From the IMG/VR virus record IMGVR_UViG_3300037322_000296, positions 3,085 to 67,084 of that record: a DNA stretch of 64,000 bases; one strand, 5' to 3'. Origin of the DNA: a virus. Below the pieces are notes generated by a model, which saw only the letters and a program-made list of their open reading frames with translations, had not been told where the DNA came from and did not search any database. Made by a program: the position numbers and the translations under genes. Positions 31,276 to 39,784 of this stretch are shown here, in pieces. How positions within the stretch are numbered: the first letter of the stretch is position 1; each line of letters begins with the position of its first letter.

Positions 31276-31725
31276 TTAGTTTGATTCTGCCAATAGTTCA
31301 GGATTTTCAAAAATGTTTCCAATTACATTACAAACTAGATTAATGCAGTTAATTCTAAAAGTCATTTCTTGTTGATTGTATTTGGGTAGTTTATTATTAT
31401 AAACAAAATTACATACGAACATTCCTTCTTTAAACCTCATTATTCCTTGAGCATTAAATCCATTATGTAAAATATCTCCTTCGTAAATATCAATGCCGTT
31501 TTTATCTTTTAATCCTGTAAACTGCATTATGTTTATTTCTCTTGAAAATTGGTCATTTAAAGGTGCATATTCTGAAAAAGCAAAGTCACTACCATAAAGC
31601 ATTTTTGGTTCAGAACAACCAGTAAGATGTTCGTCAAAAACCCTAAAAAATCTAAATTTGAAAAGTCGATTTGCTAACAACGGTTTGAACGCATTGCTTA
31701 AATCTGTGGAATTACTTTTTTTCAT
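31276..31725 (-). CDS. YopX family protein (cassette 4)
   Basis: MQFTGLKDKNGIDIYEGDIL and VIGNIFENPELL. Confidence 0.9.
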   Translation of the reverse strand: MKKSNSTDLSNAFKPLLANRLFKFRFFRVFDEHLTGCSEPKMLYGSDFAFSEYAPLNDQFSREINIMQFTGLKDKNGIDIYEGDILHNGFNAQGIMRFKEGMFVCNFVYNNKLPKYNQQEMTFRINCINLVCNVIGNIFENPELLAESN

Positions 31726-31790
31726 GTTCGTTTGTTTTTAATTATTAAATTTTGTTTTCATAAGCAAGCAACGACGTGCAAGCCGCAGCC
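31679..31790. repeat. attC-like palindromic spacer D (112 bp)
   Basis: Arms cggtttgaacgcattgctt / aagcaacgacgtgcaagccg; last 23 bp identical to spacer C. Confidence 0.85.
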
Positions 31791-31803
31791 GTTACAAGAC
31801 AGT

Positions 31804-32286
31804 TTAGGACAACTGAATAAAACGACCTTTTATGTTGCAGTTCTTTAATATTTCAGCATTGTTTTTTCCGTATGCTATTAATACACTTGGTGCGCCAGCC
31901 GAAGATCCTTTTACTCCTGTAACATGGTAAAAACTTAATCGACCTTTTATAAACAATATCGCATCAGCTTTTTCCCAAACGCACTTAAAAAACATTTTAG
32001 TTTCAGTTCTTGCAAAAGTCAAAGCAATACAATTTCCATGCATTGCAGCTTTTTCTAAAAAATGTTCAGCATATTTTCCATAAGGTGGATTACACCAAAC
32101 CCTACCAAACCAATTTTGCATTAATCCGTTATCATTTATATTGAAATGATTTGTCGCAGTATCCCATGGTCTATTTATCGGAGAACAAGGATCTAAGTCA
32201 AAATCCCCCAATGATTTTATTAGTTCTGGAGGCGTTAACCATTCGTCTTTTCCTGTTGCTGTATTTCCTTCAAAAGTTACATTCAT
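31804..32286 (-). CDS. phage N6-adenine DNA methyltransferase (cassette 5)
   Basis: DEWLTP, LDPCS, WCNPPY, ARTET; probable ATG at 32286 (MNVTFEG). Confidence 0.88.
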   Translation of the reverse strand: MNVTFEGNTATGKDEWLTPPELIKSLGDFDLDPCSPINRPWDTATNHFNINDNGLMQNWFGRVWCNPPYGKYAEHFLEKAAMHGNCIALTFARTETKMFFKCVWEKADAILFIKGRLSFYHVTGVKGSSAGAPSVLIAYGKNNAEILKNCNIKGRFIQLS

Positions 32287-32317
32287 AATTTGTGTGAATA
32301 AAAAACCGTCTTGTAAC

Positions 32318-32436
32318 ACTCGTTTTGTGCTATTACGGCAGTTGTGGTTAATTCATATTTGTTTTGCACGTAGGCGTTTATTTTTAATTGAAAATCTAGT
32401 TTTCGCTAATCCGTAACAGACACAAAGCGAGGGAAC
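32318..32436. repeat. attC-like palindromic spacer E (119 bp)
   Basis: Arms ctcgttttgtgctattacgg / ccgtaacagacacaaagcgag (one extra base). Confidence 0.85.
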
Positions 32437-32437
32437 G

Positions 32438-32875
32438 TTAGTGGTCAGTTAAAGAACTAATCTGCAATTCTTCACTATTCCGAAAAAAGAATATATTTTG
32501 CAAGTGGTGTAGCCCTTTGATTTCAACTCTTGAAACGTATTCAATCCATAGTCCATTGATGAAATTAATTTGCATTCCAAATAAATTAAAACTTGGAAAA
32601 TCTTTTAAATCTAACTTTACAGCATTTAATTTTAAAAGCAATTCTTCTGAAATTGGTATCGATTCAAATTCAGAGTGTTCGGTATAATCAAACGTAATTT
32701 CATCAATGTATAAGTATTCAGAATCTACACCAGTAACTGTACTATATTTTCTTTCTCCGTAAATTAATTTTACAATATTTCCAATACGTATTTCGGTTGG
32801 TAAAATAGCCGAACCGCTGACAGCATTTTGGCAAGATTGCTGATTTTGTGGTTCATTAATGTTTTCGTTTAACAC
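32438..32875 (-). CDS. hypothetical phage protein (cassette 6), paralog of 35466-35852
   Basis: EIRIGNIVK...IPISEELLLKL...LHHLQNIFF; TAA stop lies inside the cassette end TAAC. Confidence 0.8.
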   Translation of the reverse strand: MLNENINEPQNQQSCQNAVSGSAILPTEIRIGNIVKLIYGERKYSTVTGVDSEYLYIDEITFDYTEHSEFESIPISEELLLKLNAVKLDLKDFPSFNLFGMQINFINGLWIEYVSRVEIKGLHHLQNIFFFRNSEELQISSLTDH

Positions 32876-32894
32876 AATAAGTAATTTTAAATTT

Positions 32895-33617
32895 TTATTT
32901 ATTAACTTTTATTTTATCGGCAAAGTATATTTGACCTTTGCCTGTAATTTTGGTAGTTTTAGTTGTAAATGTTTCTAAGCCACTTCCAATAGTCCTAGTT
33001 ACCACTTCAAATAGTCCAGAAGCAACATGGTTTTGATATGGTTCATTATCTTTGTTTAAGTATTTTTTATCTCTAAACCATTCAAAAACTCTATTTTGAC
33101 CTATTTCAAAACCGCTATCACATAAATCCTTAGCAAATTGACGAACTAATATTGAGTTTGAACTGCCAATGACACTTTCTGCAAAAATAACCTTAGATTT
33201 ATCCTGTTCTATCTTATCAGTCGCTTCTAGTAATAAATTAGATACTCTAATGTTCTCAACCAACAATACTCTTTCTGAATCAATTACTTCCAGATGTGTT
33301 CTTGGTCTTAGGACTGCTTTTTCACAAGCGATAAAATATCTTCTAACTTCTTTTCCTTTTGGAACTTTAGAAAGCATCGCTAATTCCTTAGCGCAATCAA
33401 TAGTTAATGCATAGTCAATTCTATTAGTGCCTCCAATTCCGTTATCGTGGTTAACGTATGCCTTAATCGCCTGATAATCAATGTTCTCATCAAATTGAAC
33501 TTTATTATCATCAAACCATTGTGTAAAGTGATTTTTAATATCAAGAGCTTCGTAAAGATTTCTTGCGGAAACAACTTGTTCTCCGTTTCTTTCTGTAATT
33601 TTTATTAATTGTTCCAT
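32895..33617 (-). CDS. phage antirepressor (AntA + KilAC domains)
   Basis: VVSARNLYEAL...AKELAM...VRRYFI and DKSKVIFAESV...TKITGKGQIYF. Confidence 0.9.
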   Translation of the reverse strand: MEQLIKITERNGEQVVSARNLYEALDIKNHFTQWFDDNKVQFDENIDYQAIKAYVNHDNGIGGTNRIDYALTIDCAKELAMLSKVPKGKEVRRYFIACEKAVLRPRTHLEVIDSERVLLVENIRVSNLLLEATDKIEQDKSKVIFAESVIGSSNSILVRQFAKDLCDSGFEIGQNRVFEWFRDKKYLNKDNEPYQNHVASGLFEVVTRTIGSGLETFTTKTTKITGKGQIYFADKIKVNK

Positions 33618-33618
33618 T

Positions 33619-33816
33619 TTAAAAAGGTAATTTTTTAATTATTTTTTTAATTTCAGATAGCTCCCAATTATGAAGCTTTAATCTTCTCTCTAAGGTAGGT
33701 CTTGTGAATCCAATAATACCACAAATTTGGCCCTTTGTTAACGTTCCAACCCAATTTAATACACCGTAAGAAACCAACTTTTTGTTAACTATTAATTTTT
33801 TCAAACCTTCATCCAT
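33619..33816 (-). CDS. small HTH DNA-binding protein (Cro-like)
   Basis: TKGQICGIIGFTRPTLERRL. Confidence 0.6.
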   Translation of the reverse strand: MDEGLKKLIVNKKLVSYGVLNWVGTLTKGQICGIIGFTRPTLERRLKLHNWELSEIKKIIKKLPF

Positions 33817-33831
33817 ATCTAAATATTTTTA

Positions 33832-33839
33832 CAAATATA
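33832..33839 (-). promoter_or_regulatory. -7 promoter element (TATATTTG) for the HTH-antirepressor-cassette operon
   Basis: Reverse complement of caaatata 16 bp before ATG at 33816. Confidence 0.6.
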
Positions 33840-34002
33840 TTAAAAATATATTAAAAATATATTAATTACAAAGTTTTTGATTAAAAAAATAATTTCTATG
33901 CTATTTTTATGGTAAACTCACATCTTGGATTTTCTTTATCAATAAACTTTCTTGCATGTATTAAAGAGCAATTATTATCGTTTTTAATAACCTTTAATTT
34001 GG

Positions 34003-35046
34003 TTATTTTTTATATAACTTGTAATAATGCTTTCTACATAATTCTTTTGAGTGATTTTTATTTTCACAACCATCAACAGAACACTTTATTACTGAACTTA
34101 AATATTCATCTGAATCTAAAATACCCCAGTTAGGGATAAAAGAAGATGCTTTCTTAATCTCATTATATCTTTTTTTATCTATTAAAGACATTTTTTCGTT
34201 TGGATAATATTTTGCAAATCTTTTTAATTTAGTTTTTGATTTATCATCCATCCAACCTTTAATTTCTATCCAAAATTGAGATCCATCAATATTTGTTATT
34301 AATAAATCAGGTTTATAACTTCTAACACCTCTTTTTATTAATTCAAACCAAAATGTTTTAGGTTCATATTCCCATTCCTTTATTTCATTTTTAGTTTTTA
34401 AAAACTCATAATAAGCTATGATGTTAGCTTCCCAAGAAGACCTAACAAAAACAGTTTTACCACCAATAGTTATTGTTCCTTGTTTTGCTCTAGAATAATT
34501 ACTAGATAACACTCCATTTGCTCTATTTTTACTCATTATGTTAGATTGGTTTTGTTTATGTTCTTCTGAATTAAAAAAGTGATTTTTATTTTCCCATGCT
34601 TTTTTAGTTGATTCTGAAATCTTTTTTTTAGTTTCTTGACTATGTTTACCTCCTAAAAATCCTTTTGGATGCCCTTTTTCTTTTAACCTTTGTTTTGTTT
34701 TTTTTGATAAATTATCTTTAGCTTTATCTGGTATTTTTGAATTTCTATTTGTTAACCCTAATTTTTTAGCTTTTCTACTAATGAAAGGGATTGTTCTATT
34801 CATAATTAAAGCTAATTCTTTTAAGTTCCAATCATCTTTGTATTTTTCATAATTTTCTATCAAAAATTTTTCATCTTCTTCTGTGAAATAATTTATTTTT
34901 TTACATAAATTATGTTTGCTTAAAACAAAATGTATATATTGACCTGTAAGGTTAAAGAAATGACCAACCTTCCATACGTTTTTTAATTCAATATATTTTT
35001 TATTTATTTCAGACAAATGTATTCCTTTATAAAAAATATCTTCCAT
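34003..35046 (-). CDS. putative freestanding homing endonuclease (NUMOD3-like motifs + PD-(D/E)XK nuclease)
   Basis: GGKHSQETKKKISES; RSSWEAN, YEP, YKPDLL, IEIKG; C-terminal C-x4-C...C-x2-H; probable start MEDIF after own -7 motif at 35057-35064. Confidence 0.7.
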   Translation of the reverse strand: MEDIFYKGIHLSEINKKYIELKNVWKVGHFFNLTGQYIHFVLSKHNLCKKINYFTEEDEKFLIENYEKYKDDWNLKELALIMNRTIPFISRKAKKLGLTNRNSKIPDKAKDNLSKKTKQRLKEKGHPKGFLGGKHSQETKKKISESTKKAWENKNHFFNSEEHKQNQSNIMSKNRANGVLSSNYSRAKQGTITIGGKTVFVRSSWEANIIAYYEFLKTKNEIKEWEYEPKTFWFELIKRGVRSYKPDLLITNIDGSQFWIEIKGWMDDKSKTKLKRFAKYYPNEKMSLIDKKRYNEIKKASSFIPNWGILDSDEYLSSVIKCSVDGCENKNHSKELCRKHYYKLYKK

Positions 35047-35116
35047 TTTTTTTTGACAAAGATAATACATTTAAGAGTATAGAACAAAGTATTTTTGCTG
35101 ATAATTCCATTTATTT

Positions 35117-35476
35117 TTAGTTTAAATATCCTAATTCTCTTGCTTCTTTTGGGTTATCGTGAATCCAAAGATGTCCTTCTCTGCTAACAGCTAGCCAAGT
35201 TTCTGTGTCTAAGTAATACTTGGCTCTATCTTTTCCTGAAAATTTGTGATGAACTTCTGTTGTTTGCCATTTTGTAATAGAGCAAATCTTATTTTCTGGC
35301 TTATTTAAAAATTCTAATCGTAATTTTTTATACTCAGCATCTTCTATTTTTCTTTTATCTGATACTTTTTTAATTCTACTAGGTACTTTTGCCTTTTTAT
35401 TATTTAAAGCCTTAGAATCGCACTTTATTTGACAAATTTTAGATGTTTCAGAGTAAGGGCAGTCTTTACAATTCAT
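35117..35476 (-). CDS. HNH-type endonuclease
   Basis: CSIT...EVHHK...GHLWIHDNPKEARELG; probable start MNCKDC. Confidence 0.65.
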   Translation of the reverse strand: MNCKDCPYSETSKICQIKCDSKALNNKKAKVPSRIKKVSDKRKIEDAEYKKLRLEFLNKPENKICSITKWQTTEVHHKFSGKDRAKYYLDTETWLAVSREGHLWIHDNPKEARELGYLN

Positions 35477-35852
35477 TTTCTTTATCACTATTTACAATTA
35501 ATTCATTTTTTGTTAGTGCAAAGTATAAATTTTGTAATTCGTGTAAGTAATACGGCATTCCTAATTCTACATTATTTTTGCATTTAGTATGAATCCAAAT
35601 TAATTCTCTACTTGTATTAATTAAAATATCATCTAGTTCGTAGCAAAAAGCCTCTTCACTTTGAAAACCTAGTTTAATTAACCATTCTTCTGTTAATTCT
35701 ACTGGTTTTAAATGTATTATTTTTATAGGAATTAATTCTTTAAATTTTACATACGCTGATGAAAATTCGCCCGAAGTAAGCCCTGTTACTATTCTATTTT
35801 CACCTAATACTTTTACAATATTACCAATTCTCAATTCTTTTACCTGTATCAT
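35466..35852 (-). CDS. hypothetical phage protein
   Basis: ELRIGN...PVELTEEWLIKLGF...LHELQNLYFALT. Confidence 0.8.
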   Translation of the reverse strand: MIQVKELRIGNIVKVLGENRIVTGLTSGEFSSAYVKFKELIPIKIIHLKPVELTEEWLIKLGFQSEEAFCYELDDILINTSRELIWIHTKCKNNVELGMPYYLHELQNLYFALTKNELIVNSDKENEL

Positions 35853-35863
35853 AATTTTTTGTT

Positions 35864-36061
35864 TTATAACAATACTATTTCAAATTTAATTTTTAGATTA
35901 TCTAGTATGTCTGCTAATTTGTTGTAAGACAATGGTAAATCACCTTTTAACCAAACATGTAGGTTTCCTGATCCTTTCAAGCCGCATTGTATTGCAAAAT
36001 CTAGTTTTGACATTTCTGAATTATCAAATAAATCTCTTAATATTTGGTTCGTTTTATACAT
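35864..36061 (-). CDS. small HTH protein
   Basis: MSKLDFAIQCGL...LHVWLKG, XRE-like. Confidence 0.6.
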   Translation of the reverse strand: MYKTNQILRDLFDNSEMSKLDFAIQCGLKGSGNLHVWLKGDLPLSYNKLADILDNLKIKFEIVLL

Positions 36062-36212
36062 TTTCTATTATTTCTATCGTTTTAATAAATCTAAATTTTT
36101 CTTTTGCCTGGTCTATTGCTTCTTCCGGAGAATTAGCAATTACATCATATTCCTCAAAATCTTCTTCTTGGTTACCAATGAAGAACCACACTATTAATCT
36201 AAAGTTTTTCAT
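36054..36212 (-). CDS. 52-aa hypothetical protein (not in ORF track)
   Basis: MKNFRLIVWFF...VIANSPEEAIDQAKEKF..., fills the gap between neighbours exactly. Confidence 0.6.
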   Translation of the reverse strand: MKNFRLIVWFFIGNQEEDFEEYDVIANSPEEAIDQAKEKFRFIKTIEIIENV

Positions 36213-36213
36213 T

Positions 36214-36579
36214 CTATTTGTTGTGTTTTTTTAATACTCTGTGAGTTGTAGCTTCTATTGTTTCTTTTTCTAAATTAAAAGCCTGAATCATTTGGGTTAA
36301 AATAACCTTGCTTGGCACGTCAAAATCTCTAATTTGAGAAACTAAATTCTCGTATTCTCTAATTATATTTTGAGTTTCAAATTCTCCGTTTTTAAATACA
36401 ATTCCGTAATCTCTTTCGGCTAATGGTGCTATTACACTTAGTGATTTTTTTAAACAAGATTTTATTTGCATCTTGTTGTAGTGGTTTTCAATTTGGAAAT
36501 TTTCTATTTTTTCAACTAGCATTTGCATTAATATTACAATATCTAGCAGGTCCATTAAATCCTTCTCTTTTTGTTTCAT
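36214..36579 (-). CDS. hypothetical protein
   Basis: 121-aa ORF in operon. Confidence 0.65.
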   Translation of the reverse strand: MKQKEKDLMDLLDIVILMQMLVEKIENFQIENHYNKMQIKSCLKKSLSVIAPLAERDYGIVFKNGEFETQNIIREYENLVSQIRDFDVPSKVILTQMIQAFNLEKETIEATTHRVLKKHNK

Positions 36580-36673
36580 TTTAAATAAATCATCTTGTTA
36601 TTAACCCCTTTCTTTACTACAATTTTGTTCTCATAGTGCAGTTCGTTTAGTATTTTTTTTATTTGGTTCATAT

Positions 36674-37579
36674 TTAAAATTTTACGTCGTCATTAAATTT
36701 ACTTTCTTCTTGATAAAAATCTTCGTTTGTTACATAGGGAAGCCAATCTTTGTTTACTGAAATTGAGAAGTCAGCAAATTTTTTACCTCTGCCTCTCTGA
36801 CAAATAACTCTTGAACTATCGCCCTCGTCTTTTATAATAATTACAGTTTCAGATTTTTGTTGTAAAATAGTTCCTAAATGACCTCTTCCTTTGTCTTGAC
36901 CAGGATTTAAGTGCAAAACACCTGTTATATGACTTTTACTAATGGTCGAATATTTCATTAATGATTGTGTAAAATCTACACATTCTACAAGATCATTAAA
37001 GTTGTCTAACATATCTACATATCCGTCTATCGAAACTATACCAAGTTTATTTTTATACTCAGATTCCATAAAAATCCAATTCAAATATTCTCTTCGTATT
37101 TTAGCAGAATGTTCTCTAAGATTTACAGATACATAATTTTGAGGAACTACTATTTTATGAGGATCACCATACATTTTTGGTATTCTACTAGCCGCTAACC
37201 AATTATAATATTTATCTTGCTCTGTATCAACATCAATTATATATTTATCTTGAAGTTCGTGTCCTCTAATATCTTTAGAGTAATTATTTGAGTTTCCCCC
37301 AAGAGAACAAGCTAGTATTAAAGACTTTAGCCATGATTTTCTAGCTTTTTCTTCTCCTTTAATCATAGATATATTACCAAAAGTTCCAAGTATCAAAGGA
37401 AAATACTCTCCGTTAAAAGACACATCGTCATAACCTACTGAGATAGCCAATGGAGGTCTTTGTGGCTTCCCTAATAGATTTATTGTTGCTTTTGAGTGTA
37501 TATCATTAAAGTCTAAATTTAGTGGCTCAAAAGCTTGTTTTAATTGAATGTCGGGTATTGTTATTAAAAAATCGCTCAT
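36674..37579 (-). CDS. RecA-fold (SF4/AAA_25-like) helicase ATPase
   Basis: GEEKARKS Walker A, DVDTEQ, IDGYVD, VLHLNP, RGHLGT. Confidence 0.8.
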   Translation of the reverse strand: MSDFLITIPDIQLKQAFEPLNLDFNDIHSKATINLLGKPQRPPLAISVGYDDVSFNGEYFPLILGTFGNISMIKGEEKARKSWLKSLILACSLGGNSNNYSKDIRGHELQDKYIIDVDTEQDKYYNWLAASRIPKMYGDPHKIVVPQNYVSVNLREHSAKIRREYLNWIFMESEYKNKLGIVSIDGYVDMLDNFNDLVECVDFTQSLMKYSTISKSHITGVLHLNPGQDKGRGHLGTILQQKSETVIIIKDEGDSSRVICQRGRGKKFADFSISVNKDWLPYVTNEDFYQEESKFNDDVKF

Positions 37580-38094
37580 TGTTTGTTTTTAAATCGGTTA
37601 ATAAATTCTGTAATTGTGTTGTTAAGTGATTTTCTAGTCGGTTCTTCTTCAAAAACTCCATTAAGATATTTTAACATCTCGGTTTGGTTTTCTTTAATTA
37701 CTTTTTCTTTAAATAAAATTTCTTCATCTGTTAGAGTTTTAGGATGGTTATTTGATAATCCTAAAATTTCTGTATAATTATTCATTGCTAAATCATTTAT
37801 ACTTTTTGTAAACATTTCATAATGCTGTTCAATTGGCATTTCTAAATAGTCAGCAATTTTCTTTTGAGATAGTTTAAAATCTCCTTTGTAATAATTTACC
37901 TCTTGTGTAAAAACGTGAATAAACATTTTAGCAAACAATGTGTTTTCTTTTAGATTTTTTTCTTTTTCTCTGTTTATCCAATCTACAATGAAATTTAAAG
38001 CTTCTACATCACTTTGGTTTGGTTCGTATTTTCCATGTTGCAGTCTGTAAACAAATTGGTCAATGGCTTTTTCTATGTTGAATATTTTTTTCAT
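37576..38094 (-). CDS. hypothetical protein
   Basis: 172 aa, 4-bp overlaps with both neighbours. Confidence 0.7.
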   Translation of the reverse strand: MKKIFNIEKAIDQFVYRLQHGKYEPNQSDVEALNFIVDWINREKEKNLKENTLFAKMFIHVFTQEVNYYKGDFKLSQKKIADYLEMPIEQHYEMFTKSINDLAMNNYTEILGLSNNHPKTLTDEEILFKEKVIKENQTEMLKYLNGVFEEEPTRKSLNNTITEFINRFKNKQ

Positions 38095-38837
38095 TGTTTT
38101 GATTTAATTATTAAAGTCATAATTTGTTTTCTTAATTTTTCAGTTGATAAAATATTACTTATCCAAAAGTCGCCTTTAGGAGATCTTAAATATTTTATAA
38201 CATTTCTTAAATCTTGAATATCACATTCTTTGTTTTCAAGCATTAACCTAACAGGCGTTACCCAATTTAAAAATTTAGCATTCTCAACGGATTTTGTACT
38301 TACCTTTTTATCAGAAAGATTTTTAATGATTATTTCTTGAAAGTTTTTAGCAATAGTTGCATAAAGCTTTAAAGAATCTTCTACGTCGGAAATTTCAATT
38401 TCTGACAAGAGAACTTTTTTATCTTCTCTTCTCTTCTCTTCTCTTATGGCATCGTTTTCGCATTGCGGTTTTGATGCGCTCGCATTGCGCTCGCATTTAT
38501 CCCTTTGGCTACGCACCTTTTCCCATCTTTCTTTTGCGTTTTTACTATTTTGTTTGCTTGTATTTTCAAATTCTGCTAGTTGCTCATTAAGAAAATTAAT
38601 ACAAATACAATCATCAATAACTTCAAAAATAAGCTCTTTTATAAGCGAATCGAATGCGATCGCATTGCCACCGCATAACTTTTGTACAGCTAACTTTAAT
38701 GGAACATCTCCTAATCTTGACCAATACATAGAGCATAGATCAATAAATAATCCTTTGTCTTCTCTGGATAACATTTGTATATTTCCATTTTCCCATTGGT
38801 TTGGTTCAAATTTAAAATAAGGTAATTCCTTTGCCAT
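38091..38837 (-). CDS. replication initiator-like protein (DUF1376/YdaU-like N-terminus)
   Basis: LPYFKFEPNQW...KGLFIDLCSMYW; C-terminal FWISNILSTEKLRKQ. Confidence 0.7.
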   Translation of the reverse strand: MAKELPYFKFEPNQWENGNIQMLSREDKGLFIDLCSMYWSRLGDVPLKLAVQKLCGGNAIAFDSLIKELIFEVIDDCICINFLNEQLAEFENTSKQNSKNAKERWEKVRSQRDKCERNASASKPQCENDAIREEKRREDKKVLLSEIEISDVEDSLKLYATIAKNFQEIIIKNLSDKKVSTKSVENAKFLNWVTPVRLMLENKECDIQDLRNVIKYLRSPKGDFWISNILSTEKLRKQIMTLIIKSKQ

Positions 38838-38877
38838 GTTTTTTAGGTTAATATTTTTAACTTTTTTTTGCTAAAAA

Positions 38878-39036
38878 TTAAGCTTTAATTAATATAGCAC
38901 CGTTTACAGTAACGGTACTTACTTTATTCTCTTTTATTAATTTATTTACATACGGAACAGATTTGCATATTTTCTTAGCATACTCTGTCTGCGTATATAA
39001 ATCTTGTCTAATTTCTTTTTTTATTTGAGTTAACAT
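38878..39036 (-). CDS. 52-aa HTH DNA-binding protein (not in ORF track)
   Basis: LYTQTEYAKKICKSVPYVNKLIKENKV; -7 motif at 39094-39101 upstream. Confidence 0.6.
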   Translation of the reverse strand: MLTQIKKEIRQDLYTQTEYAKKICKSVPYVNKLIKENKVSTVTVNGAILIKA

Positions 39037-39129
39037 TTTTTTTAGTTTTGACTTAATAAAAGCGGTAAATTTTATTCTACCGCTATTGAATTACAAATAT
39101 AGTTATTTATTTGTTATTTACAAATTATT

Positions 39130-39510
39130 TTAAAATGGTAAACCCGAATGATCCTCTTCATTAAAATCCGAAGTAGGTGCATTAGGAGTAGAATCTTGCA
39201 AAGGTTTCGCTTCGTATTGAGCAGCGTTTTCTTGACTATCCAATCGTTCTAATTTCCAACCCTTAATTGAGTTGAAATATTTAGTTTCTCCTTTAGGATT
39301 AACCCATTCTCTCCCTCCAATATTTATACCTACTTTAACCGATGTTCCAATTGCCAAATTCTCCAATGAATCAACTTTATCTTGCACAAATTCAATTAAA
39401 ATGTGCTGTGGATATTGCTCTTCTGTAGTAACAACCAATTCTCTTTTTATAAACGTTGGACTAACTGATATAAGTTCTCCAACAAATTTTACTTTTCCTT
39501 CTAATTCCAT
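39130..39510 (-). CDS. single-stranded DNA-binding protein (DUF3127-like)
   Basis: KRELVVTTEEQYPQ, GREW, YFNSIKGW, acidic tail ending LPF. Confidence 0.88.
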   Translation of the reverse strand: MELEGKVKFVGELISVSPTFIKRELVVTTEEQYPQHILIEFVQDKVDSLENLAIGTSVKVGINIGGREWVNPKGETKYFNSIKGWKLERLDSQENAAQYEAKPLQDSTPNAPTSDFNEEDHSGLPF

Positions 39511-39515
39511 AATTT

Positions 39516-39779
39516 CTAGTTTCTAAACCAATTAGTCTTGGCTGTTATGTATTTATATCCTTTTATTGTTGAGTTTCTACTCTCTATGATTTCTAATATT
39601 TCATAATTAGAGTTTTCACCATCGCTTCCGTCAATTGTTAAAACATCAAGTTCTTCTACATCGAACTTATCTTTTATATTGAATTTAACAATATTGTTTT
39701 CGTTTCTTTTATTGGGATCAGTTTCCCAAATCATAAGTCTAAAATCTTGATTTTCAATGTTCAATCTGTAATTTGTCAT
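39516..39779 (-). CDS. hypothetical protein
   Basis: 87-aa ORF in operon. Confidence 0.6.
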   Translation of the reverse strand: MTNYRLNIENQDFRLMIWETDPNKRNENNIVKFNIKDKFDVEELDVLTIDGSDGENSNYEILEIIESRNSTIKGYKYITAKTNWFRN

Positions 39780-39784
39780 AATTT

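Larger units (their letters stand above)
27818..32880 (-). mobile_element. integron-like gene cassette array 1 (6 cassettes)
   Basis: Cassette cores 27818-28910, 29028-29953, 30066-31152, 31263-31678, 31791-32317, 32437-32821, each starting GTT and ending AAC (GAC in the last) with self-complementary ends, separated by palindromic spacers. Confidence 0.85.

Noticed and set aside
28911-32436. Spacers as simple intrinsic terminators
   Set aside because: Loops are about 65-75 nt, there is no U-tract after the stem, and they contain start codons
27818-32880. CRISPR array or IS/MITE interpretation of the repeated spacers
   Set aside because: Units are gene-sized, spacers are not identical repeats, and there are no cas genes, transposase or target-site duplications
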